Shown: positions 22,486 through 33,312 of the stretch, in pieces
Numbering within the stretch: position 1 is the first letter of the stretch
Layout of the letters: every line of letters begins with the position of its first letter
Assembly: GCF_028641065.1 (NCBI RefSeq)
Contig: NW_026576313.1
Coordinates: 1 to 64,000 of the forward strand
Direction: 5' to 3'
Length of the DNA stretch: 64,000 nucleotides
From: Leucoraja erinacea
Taxonomy: Eukaryota
Notes under the pieces: generated by a model
Seen by the model: the letters and a program-made list of their open reading frames with translations, nothing else
What the model was told of the DNA's origin: nothing
Database searches by the model: none
Translations under genes and position numbers: made by a program

Positions 22486-25117
22486 TAACGAGGGATAAAA
22501 TTGGTCCTTTAGAGAGTCAGAAGGATAACGAGGGATAAAATTGGTCCTATAGAGAGCCAGAGTGGACAACTATCTGCAGAGCCAAAAGAGATGGGGGAGA
22601 TATTGAACAGTTTCTTTTCTTCGGTATTCACCAAGGAGAAGGATATTGAATTATGTGAGGTAAGGGAAACAAGTAGAGTAGCTATGGAAACTATGAGGAT
22701 CAAAGAAGAGGAAGTACTGACACTTTTGAGAAATATAAAAGTGGATAGGTCTCCAGGTCCGGACAGGGTATTCCCTAGGACATTGAGGGAAGTTAGTGTA
22801 GAAATAGCAGGGGCTATGGCAGAAATATTTCAAATGTCATTAGAAACGGGAATAGTGCCGGAGGATTGGCGTACTGCGCATGTTGCTCCATTGTTTAAAT
22901 AGGGGTCTAAGAGTAAACCTAGCAATTGTAGACCTGTTAGTTTGACGTTTGAGGCAAAAACAGGAAAGCAGACTATTATCTAAATGGTGGCCGATTGGGA
23001 AAGGGGGAGATGCAGCGAGACCTGGGTGTCATGGTACACCAGTTATTGAAGGTAGGCATGCAGGTGCAGCAGGCAGTAAAGAAAGCGAATGGTATGTTAG
23101 CTTTCATTGCAAAAGGATTTGAGTATAGGAGCAGAGAGGTTCTACTGCAGTTGTACATGGTCTTGGTGAGACCACACCTGGAGTATTGCGTACAGTTTTG
23201 GTCTCCAAATCTGAGGAATGACATTATTGCCATAGAGGGAGTGCAGAGAAGGTTCACCAGACTGATTCCTAGGATGTCAGGACTGTCTTATGAAGAACGA
23301 CTGGATAGACTTGGTTTATACTCTCTAGAATTTAGAAGATTGAGAGGGGATCTTATAGAAACTTACAAAATTCTTAAGGGGTTGGACAGGCTGGATGCAG
23401 GAAGATTGTTCCCGATGTTAGGGAAGTCCAGGACAAGGGGTCACAGCTTAAGGATAAAGGGGAAATCCCTTAAAACCGAGATGAGAAGAACTTTTTTCAC
23501 ACAGAGAGTGGTGAATCTCTGGAACTCTCTGCCACAGAGGGTAGTTGAGGCCAGTTCATTGGCTATATTTAAGAGGGAGTTCGATGTGGCCCTTGTGGCT
23601 AAGGGGATCAGGGGGTATGGAGAGAAGGCAGGTACGGGATACTGAGTTGGATGATCAGCCATGATCATATTGAATGGCGGTGCAGGCTCGAAGGGCCGAA
23701 TGGCCTACTCCTGCACCTAATTTCTATGTTTCTATGTCAGTGGTGGGCAAATTAATGGAAAGAATACTTAGAGATAATATATATAAGCATCTGGATAAAC
23801 AGGGTCTGATTAGGAACAGTCAACATGGATTTGTGCCTGGAAGGTCATGTTTAACTAATCTTCTTGAATTTTTTGAAGATGTTACTCGGGAAATTGATGA
23901 GGGTAAAGCAGTGGATGTTGTGTATATGGACTTCAGTAAGGCCTTTGACAAGGTTCCTCGTGGAAGGTTGGTTAAGAAGGTTCAATGGTTGGGTATTAAT
24001 GGTGGAGTAGCAAGATGGATTCAACAGTGGCTAAATGGGAGATGCCAGAGAGTAATGGTGGATGGTTGTTTGTCAGGTTGGAGGCCAGTGACGAGCGGGG
24101 TGCCACAGGGATCTGTGTTGGGTCCACTGTTGTTTGTCATGTACATCAATGATCTGGATGATAGTGTGGTAAATTGGATTAGTAAGTATGCAGATGATAC
24201 TAAGATAGGTGGGGTTGCGGGTAATGAAGTAGAGTTTCAAAGTCTACAGAGAGATTTATGCCAGTTGGAAGAGTGGGCTGAAAGATGGCAGATGGAGTTT
24301 AATGCTGATAAGTGTGAGGTGCTACATCTTGGCAGGACAAATCAAAATAGGACGTACATGGTAAATGGTAGGGAATTGAAGAATGTAGATGAACAGAGGG
24401 ATCTGGGAATAACTGTGCACATTCCCTGAAAGTGGAATCTCATGTAGATAGGGTGGTAAAGAAAGCTTTTGGTGTGCTGGCCTTTATAAATCAGAGCATT
24501 GAGTATAGAAGTTGGGATGTAATGTTAAAATTGTACAAAGCATTGGTGAGGACAATTCTGGAGTATGGTGTACAATTTTGGTCGCCTAATTATAGGAAGG
24601 GTGTCAACAAAATAGAGAGAGTACAGAGGAGATTTACTAGAATGTTGCCTGGGTTTCAGCAACTAAGTTACAGAGAAAGGTTGAACAAGTTGGGGCTTTA
24701 TTCTTTGGAGCGCAGAACGTTAAGGGGGGACTTGATAGAGGTTTTTACAATGATGAGAGGGATAGACAGAGTTGACGTGGAAAAGCTTTTCCGACTGAGA
24801 GTAGGGAAGATTCAAACAAGGGGACATGACATGAGAATTAAGGGACTGAAGTTTAGGGGTAACATGAGGGGGAACTTCTTTACTCAGAGAGTGGTAGCTG
24901 TGTGGAATGAGCTTCCAGTGAATGTGGTGGAGGCAGGTTCGTTTTTATCATTTAAAAATAAATTGGATAGTTATATGGATGGGAAGGGAATGGAGGGTTA
25001 TGGTCTGAGCGCAGGTATATGGGACTAGGGGAGATTATGTGTTCGGCACGGACTAGAAGGGTCGAGATGGCCTGTTTCCGTGCTGTAGTTGTTATATGGT
25101 TATATGGTTATATGGTT
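22486..25117 (+). mobile_element. Second copy of the same CR1 family, interrupted by another CR1
   Basis: Near-identical to 18826-20632; same (TATATGGT)n tail; short 5' tandem duplication. Confidence 0.95.
22949..23737 (+). mobile_element. Nested CR1 3' fragment of a different family
   Basis: ORF 22995..23645; (TTTCTATG)n tail; host CR1 resumes exactly at GACGT|CAGTGG. Confidence 0.92.
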
Positions 25118-25189
25118 TCTTCATTTTATATGACAATTCGTCACAGGGATTTCGAAAAGACATGTGAGATTTAAGGGTCATATTCAGAC

Positions 25190-25430
25190 CCAGATTAGAT
25201 TAGTTCATTGTCAAAGCAACCGGGTGCAATAAAATTCCTCTCGCAAGAAGCTTACAGAGTAATCTACATATCGCGGTGACGGACACAAGAATACATACAA
25301 TAGTAAAAAGGGGAAGGGGAGTCAATCTGCCCCATGACAGAAGGGGAAGGAGTTGTATAGTTTGATAGCCACAGAGAAAAAGAGTCCCCTAAGGAATTCT
25401 GCCCTGCATCTTGGTGGAACCAGTATTCCA
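25190..25430 (-). mobile_element. Rex1/Babar-like LINE 3' remnant
   Basis: Minus-strand SFSxxAIKLYNS-type end and (GATTA)n tail. Confidence 0.5.
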
Positions 25431-25459
25431 TAAATACATGCACCAACCCAAATTTCCAA

Positions 25460-28400
25460 TATAGCATCTCTGGATAGAAGGAATGGGTGAATTTTGGGGC
25501 GAGACACTTCTTCAGATTGAGAGCCAGGGGAGGGGGAGACACAGATATAAGGATGGGTAAAGTGTTTAATAACGAGATATCAAACGAGGCGAGGATCAAG
25601 GAAAATGTAGAATAGATCACTGTTCTTTAAGGGAAAGTGACAGCAAAGCAAACATAGATAACATTTCGTTCACTACTAATTTCCATCCTGCACTCAAATT
25701 CACTTGGACCATCTGCGACATGTCTCAACCGTTTATTGATCTCGCCGTCTCTATGCGAGGTTATAGAGTATCACAATTTCACAAGTTATAGGAGTAGAAT
25801 TAGACCGTTCGGTCCATCGATTCTACTCCGCCATTCAATTACGCATGATCTCCGCATCCTAATCCCATGTTCCTGCCTTCAACCAAACCCCTTGACACCC
25901 GTTCTAATCAATAACTTGTCTATCTCCCCTTAAAAATATCCACTGTCTAGGCCACCGTGATAATTCGTTCCACAGATAAATTACCCTCTGAGAAAAGAAG
26001 TTAATCCTCACCTCCTTTCTAAAAGAGCGCATTTTAATTTCGTGGGCAAAGACCTCTGGTCCTATACTCTCCCACCAGTAAAAACTTCAATTCTATCTAT
26101 GCCTTTCAATATTCTGTAAGCGTCAAACGGTCACCAGATGCTAACCCACTGATTACTGGAATCATTCTTGTAAAACTCCTCTGGATCCTCTCCAGAGTTG
26201 CACATCCTTCCTCAGATATGGTGCCGAAATTTGCTCACAGTATTCCAAATGCAGCCTGACCAGTACCATATCTAACCAAAGCATTACATCTCAGTTTTTG
26301 TATTCCAACCCTCTTGATATAAATGCTAACATTGAATTTACCTTCCTTACTGTCGATTCGACTTGAAGATTAACTATTTTGCAGTCCTGCCCCAGCACCC
26401 CAAGTCCCTTTGCACCTCGGATTTCTGAATTATCTTTCCATTTAGAAAATAATCGACCCCTTTATTCTTTTTACCAAAATGCATGACTCCGTATTTTGCT
26501 ATAAACAATCTCATCTGCCACTTCTCTGCCCACACTCAGAACCTGTCCAAGTCATTCTGCACAGTCCTTGCTTCCTCTTCACTGCCTGCCCTTCCACCTA
26601 TCTTAGCATCATGTGCAAATTTGGCCGCAAAGCATTCATAACCTTATCCAAATCATTAATATCCCACGTGAAGAGCAGCGGCCCCAGCGCCGACCTTGCG
26701 GACCTTCACTAGTCACTGACAGCCAACCGAAAAATATCTATTTTATTGCAACTCTTTGCCTTCAGTTGTCCAGCTAATCCTCTAGCCATGCTAGTATCTT
26801 CCCTTTGATGCCATGGACTTTTATCTTCCCGAGCAGCCTTACATTACCGAAGGCCTTCTGAAAATCTAGGTAAACAACATCTGCAGCCTCCCTTGTGTTT
26901 GTCCTACTATTAAATTCCCCAACGAACTCCAGCAAGTTCGTTAGGCAAGATATTTCCTTCACAAAACCATGCTGACTTTGGCCTATTTTATCGTCAACTC
27001 CTAGGTACTATGTAACCTTGGCCTTTATAATGACACTAAAATATTACTGACCATCAAAGTAAAGCGAACATGCCTATAGAGTCCACGCTTCTGCTTTGCT
27101 CCCTTCTAGTAAAGCGGGCTGTTTGTCACAATGTTCAACATTTCAGGCAGCACTCCTAGCTCTAGTGATTCTTGAAATATCATAACTAATGCCTCCAACG
27201 TCTCTGAGGCCGCCTCCTTCAGAATCCAGGGGTTCAGTCCAGCCGGTCCAGGTGACTTATCCGCACGCAGACCTTTCAATTTCCTAGAACCGTCTGCTTA
27301 ATAATCGTCACTCCACTAACCTGCACGCCTTGGCCCATTAGGATCACCTGCTGGTGTCTTCCACTGTCAAGACTGATGCAAAATGGTTATTCAATTCCTT
27401 CTGCTATTTCATGATTTCGCGTTATCACTTCTCCTGCATCATTCTCTTGATGTCCACTCTTTCCTCTTTTTTACTCTTTTTATATCCGCAGAAACTCTTG
27501 CTATCCTATGTTATATTATTGTCCAGCTTACATTCGGACTTCAACTGACACATATTATAAACCTACAGACTCCCACGGCAATCCTTCTTCCCACCCTGCC
27601 TCTTGCAAAGACTCTATCCCTTACCCCAATTCCTCCATCTACGCCATCTGAGCCCAAGCCAACCATGCTAGGACATCTGAGTCACCCCATCGGCCGTCGC
27701 GTACGGCACATAGTCTTCTTCACTTTCGCCACCTCCACCGCTAGCCAAATCTTCCCATCCCCACCCCTTTGCACTTTCCGCAGATACCGTTCCCTCACAA
27801 CTCCCTGATTAACTCGTCCCTTCCCACCCAAACCATACCCACCGAAGATATTTCCCTTGCAAACCCAAGAGATGTAACACCCGCCCCTATACGTCATCCA
27901 TCGACTCGGTACGAGGACCCCGACCGTCTTTTAGGGTGAGGCAGAGGTTCACCTTTATCCCCACCAGCCTCTTCGTCTGTGTCTGCCATTCTATGTGTGG
28001 TTACGCATATATGGGCGAGAGAAAACGCAGGCTCGCCGATCGTCTCGCCGAACACCTCCGCTTAGGTCGCCTAAACCTATCTGATCTGCCGGTTGCAAAA
28101 CACTTTAAAGGGCTTGCTGGTATCATTGACTGACGTATGTCACCGAAAAATACGCCGCGTGACGACTTATGACGCGGCGGTGACGCGGCGTGATGACGTG
28201 ACGCGGCAGTGACGGAATGATGCCCAGTGCAAATTCGAGGAACAGCCCCTCCTATTTCGCATGGACAGTTTACACACCAAACGGTGTGAATATTGACTGC
28301 TCTAACTTCGTAACCCTTGCTTTCGCCCCCCCTCCCCCACCCCCGCCCCCCCCCCCCCCTCCCCTTCCCTCTCCGACCACTATGACTGCCCGGATTAAAT

Positions 28401-28680
28401 TCTATCTCTGTTTGCTTTGTTGTCCCATTCTCCTAGCTACTAATGATGTATTCTACATTTTCCGTGAACTACTTCTCTTTTGATGTGTCTTTTTCACACA
28501 CTTTACCTTTCCTTATCTCTGTGTCTCCCTCTCCCTTGACTCTCAGCCTGAAGGAGGGTCTCGACCGAAACCGCATCCGTTCCTTCTATGCAGAAATGCT
28601 GCATGACCTTCTGAGTTTCTCCAGCATTTTTGTGCCTATCTTTGGTGTAAACCAGCATCTGTAGTTTCTTCCCACAAATT
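25460..28680 (+). mobile_element. Decayed Penelope-like element with inverted terminal copy, interrupted by CR1
   Basis: FTTNFHPALKFTWTI..PFIDL (about 25670-25750); YKPTDSH (about 27556); GIY-YIG-like YMGERKRRLADRLAEHL (27936..28133); 25460-25620 is a diverged reverse complement of 28440-28605. Confidence 0.85.
25775..27540 (-). mobile_element. Old decayed CR1 inserted in the Penelope element
   Basis: SCLTNLLEF, VYLDFQKAF remnants; CR1 3' UTR near 25790. Confidence 0.85.
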
Positions 28681-29489
28681 ACCAAGCTATTCGCCGGTGA
28701 GATTCAGTGCCGCAGAAGACAGAAGCAGAATATCAGAAAACATTAAAAAAGTTAATGTAATTATTAGTACATGTTTTAAATGGTAGATCCCTGCATGCAT
28801 TTTGTTTTCCAGCAATGTATGCGTCCCATTGAAATAGATCCGATGTCTCTTGCCCGGAGAGGCCTTGACGGTCTGGTTTTAAGTGTGCTCGTCCGCTGTT
28901 TTCAGCACATTATTCCACTGCTTAATGACTCGTTCGTTCTTCCATGAACTGAACATAAACACTGTCAATAGAGCGCCAGAACTGACTTCCGCTTTCAACA
29001 GAAAAATGCCAGAGTTTTCAAGTTATGCAATAATCTCATCGCGTTAAGGACCCGATTCTATATGGCCAGATATTATTACTCCTGTCNNNNNNNNNNNNNN
29101 NNNNNNNNNNNNNNNNNNNNNNNNNNNNNNNNNNNNNNNNNNNNNNNNNNNNNNNNNNNNNNNNNNNNNNNNNNNNNNNNNNNNNNNNNNNNNNNNNNNN
29201 NNNNNNNNNNNNNNNNNNNNNNNNNNNNNNNNNNNNNNNNNNNNNNNNNNNNNNNNNNNNNNNNNNNNNNNNNGTCTGTTCTACATCGGGTGGATCGGAT
29301 ACATCATCTCTGGTCCATAATCTCAATTATATTAGGATTTTTTTGTGAGGTACATCACGTCATTGTAAATACATAGTGGTCCCGTTCGCTGTAGTTATGC
29401 TCTTCTTTTATCAATATCCTGATACTATGCGTCGACTCCAATGAGAGAATGAAGTCCTCTCGGCTCCCCGTCCCAACTTCGTGTGCAGA

Positions 29490-30905
29490 CAGGGCATTCA
29501 TAACGCATTCAGACCCCTTCACTTTTTCCAGATTTTGTTACATTACAGTCTTATTTTAAAATGGTTGAAATGTTTAATCATCAATCTACACGCAATACCC
29601 TGGAATAAAAATGCGAAAACAGGTGTTTAGAAATTTTAAATAAATTTACTAGTGGTAAGTTAAATTGATTGGACATGGTTTGGAAAGGCACATGCCCGTC
29701 TATATAAGGTCCCATAGTTGACAGTGCATGTCAGAGCAAAAACCAAGCCATGAAGACGAAGTAATTGTCCGTAGACCTCTGAGTCAGGATTGTGTTCAGA
29801 CACATGCCCGGGGAAGGGTCTAAAACAATATCCGCAGCATTGCAGGTCCCGAAGACCACAGAGGCATCTGTCATTCTTAAATAAGAACGTTGGAATTACC
29901 AGGATTATTCATTGAACTTGCCGCCCGTCCAAACTGAGCAATCGGGGGAGTAGGGCCTTTGTCTGGGAGGTGACCAAGAACGCGATGTTCAAGCTGACAG
30001 AGCTCCAGAGTTACTATGCAGAGATGGGAGAACCTTTCCGGAAGGACAACTATATCTGCCGCACTCCACCAATCAGGCCTTTATGGTAGATTGGCTAGAC
30101 GGAAAACGCACATGACAGCCCGCTTGGATTTTGCCAAAAAGCACCTAAACCAGATTCTCTAGTCTAATGAAACCAAGATTGAACTCTTTGGCCTGAATGC
30201 AAAGCGTCACATCTGGGGGAAACCAGGCACCGATCATCACCAGCCCAATGCCATACTTCCGGTGAAGTATGGTGGTCGCAGCATCATGCTGTGGGGATGT
30301 TCTTCAGTGGCAGGAACTGGGAGACCAATTAGGATAGAGGGAAAGATGAACGGAGCAAAGTACAGAGAGATTCTTGATGAAAACTTGCTCCAGAGTGTTC
30401 TGGACCTCAGACTGGGGCAAAGCTTCACCTTCCAACAGGACAATGACCCTAAGCACACAGCCAAGCCAACGCAGGAGTGGCTTCGTGACACGTCTGTGAA
30501 TGTCCTTAAGTGGCCCAGCCAGAGGCCGGACTTGAACCCGATCGCACATCTCTGGAGGGACCTGAAAATAGCTGTGCATCGACGCTCCCCATCGAACCTG
30601 ACAGGGATTGAGAGGATCTGCGGAGAAGAATGGGATAAATTACTCAAATACAGGTCTGCCAAGCTTGTAGCGTCATACGCAAGAAGACTTGATGCTGTAA
30701 TCGCTGCCAAATATGCCACAATAAAGTACCGAGTAAATGTTCTGAATACTTATGGTAATGTGATATTCCGGTTATTTAATTTTTACTCTGGGGTATTGTG
30801 TGTAAATTGATCATAAAAAACGAATTCAATCGATTTTATAACAAGGCTGTTACGTAACAAAATGTGGCAAAGGTGAAGGGGTCTAAATACTTTCTGAATG
30901 CACTG
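29490..30905 (+). mobile_element. Decayed Tc1 (DD34E) DNA transposon
   Basis: TIRs CAGGGCATTCA..TTCAGACCCCTTCAC / GTGAAGGGGTCT..TGAATGCACTG|TA; transposase KYGGRSIMLWGC, QQDNDPKH, PDLNPIAHLW. Confidence 0.93.
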
Positions 30906-32104
30906 TAGATCATCAAGGTATCAATAGTTCTGCGATTCTCATGCTACGTTTGGTGAATTGCTCAATATTGTTTAGTGCTGAAACCGAGCCTAACGATGTA
31001 AGTGTAACATGCGGTAGGTTTTCCACGTCTTTGTCAAATTCAGAAATGACTTTATCACGTAATGTAATTGCTATTTGCTTGGTAGACTTGTTCATTACTA
31101 TGTTCCATTGCCCATATTTTCAGCGTTTTACGCTTTCACATATTCTCCCCGTTTCGTTAAATAATAATAACACAGCAATACATCTATTAAAAATGTGTTA
31201 TTTCTCTGAACAAAATCACGGTTCATCAGATTGGAAGTACGTGTCAGTGCCACTAGGACCATGCCCATTGTTTGAACGCGGATAATTTCCATGTGTACGA
31301 AGCACAATTGAATTCATGCAGGTGTTCAATTTAATTAAAACTGGGAATGAATTCATTGCTGGTGTTCAAATATGTTCAACTTGCCGTAAGGTAATCTGGC
31401 GAAAGTAGGAAGCAACGACCAGGTGGTGATGCCTGTATCTGCATGGATAGGCCCGCAGTGGCGCTATCGTGCACAGGTCCCTTTGCAACGACCGACATCC
31501 GTGAAAGTGTTTCTGCAGCCTTTACGCCTCTAACATCAATTTTAAAGATGGAATTGATAATAATCTGAGGCGATGAGGAACAACGATCTTAAGATAAATT
31601 TACCTTTATATGGCGGGTAGGAGAAGCAGCATAGTTGGGATGGGGGAAGGGTAGCAGGGCTCCCTGGTGACATTATTAACCTTCCCCGGTTGAAGAGGAA
31701 GCAGCAGGAGCCAGGAGAATCAACAGCGGAGTCAGGCCGCGTGGTTTTTGGGCCGATAGTGTGGAGGCATCCGGCAGGTAACTCGGCTTGGAACTCAGGT
31801 GAGACGCCCGGCTCTGCCTTTTGGTGGCCGAGAGAGAGAGAGGATGAGCGAAATCCGTGGCTTCGACGAAGGAGTAGCCGGAGTGCAGATCGGAGTCATC
31901 GGTGGTGTCGTCAGACACGGCCCTGGTGCGGCAGAGGAAACTGTGTAGTTCGGCATTGGTGTTATCGTCAGTAATCCCGCCCGGAGTAGCGGTGGAATTC
32001 GGTAAACCCGTCCTGAGATCGATCGAGGAAGTGACGAGGGCCGACGGCGGCGCCCGTGGCAGCTTCGGTGCACTTGGCCTCGGTATGAGACCAGTTCTAT
32101 GTTA

Positions 32105-32335
32105 GTATGAAGAACTGCAGATGCTGGATAAAAAAAAACTAAGATAGACATCAAATGCTGGAGTAATTCAGCGTGAAGGGCAGCATCTAGGGCGAGAAGG
32201 AATGGGTGACGTTTCGGGTCGATCTCCATCTTCAGACAACAGTCTGAAGAAGGGTCTCGATCCGAAACATGACCTAGTCCTTCTTTCCAGACACGCTGCC
32301 TGCCCCACTGAGTTACTCCAGCATTGTGTGTTATT
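32105..32335. mobile_element. Palindromic Penelope-derived short element (two inverted hammerhead-like cores)
   Basis: GACGTTTCGGGTC..TCTTCAGAC-AACA-GTCTGAAGAAGGGTCTCGATCCGAAAC. Confidence 0.75.
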
Positions 32336-32954
32336 TTTTATCTATGTTATTCCATTTCCTTGTGCACTATCTACAAAATAGGCGCGATTTACAGAGACCA
32401 ATAAACCACGTATTTGGGAATTGGCAGGAAACCAATCGAACCCAGGTGTCTTGCGCTGTGACGTAACACTTCTACCAGCAGCATAACTACGCCGCAAAAT
32501 TTCGCCCTGATCTTAGTCAGTGGGAAATGACCTCATTGCGGCCACCCCATCGCATCTGTAACTAATTATATAGATTGTTCAGCTTCCCCATTCGAAAAGA
32601 AAAGAGCGAAAAATCTGCCCAGTTAATACTTCCTGAAACCAAGACACTGCGGCTGCTAGCAACATTGCTGTAAATTACCACGGGTTCTACCAAATGTTTT
32701 CCTCAGCTTCGTGACCACAACTGTGGACTGCGATTTACTGCGTTTAAAAAAGGGTTCCGACTGGAAAGTCGACCCTACCAAATTCTTCAGATATGCTGTC
32801 TGACGTGCTGAATTACTCCAGCACCTTATGGTTCGTTGCTAATCAGCATCTGTAGGTCATGGTGTTAACGTGCAGTACGTTACTTACCGTCCAACTAGTT
32901 TGATATCGTTTCTAAGGAGATAGCAAGCCAGAAAATTGCTACGCTAGTTAAATA

Positions 32955-33312
32955 AGTAAGTAAGTAAGTTTATTGGTCAAGTATTCATATAAAACGCATT
33001 TGCTTTGGTGCTCAGCCCACAAGTAACAACTTGACATACAGTGACAGTTACGAATGACTCAGAAAACACTAAACATTAATAATAATAAAACATTAACGAC
33101 AAAACACCATTGATCAAGCATGTGAACCAACAAAATACCAGGTCAAAGGGAGGCTACAGATTTTTGGCTGTTGGGTGGAGCAACTACTCGTGGATAAAAA
33201 CTGTTTTTGTGTCTGGCTGTGGCAGCTTTGCCAATCCGGAGTCGCTTTCCAGAGGGAAGTGATTCAAAGAGTTTGTGGCCAGTTTGAGGGGGGTCAGAGA
33301 TGATCTTGCCCG
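32955..33312 (-). mobile_element. Rex1/Babar-like LINE 3' end with (TAAG)n tail
   Basis: Minus strand LPSGKRLR..RHKNSFYP. Confidence 0.7.
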
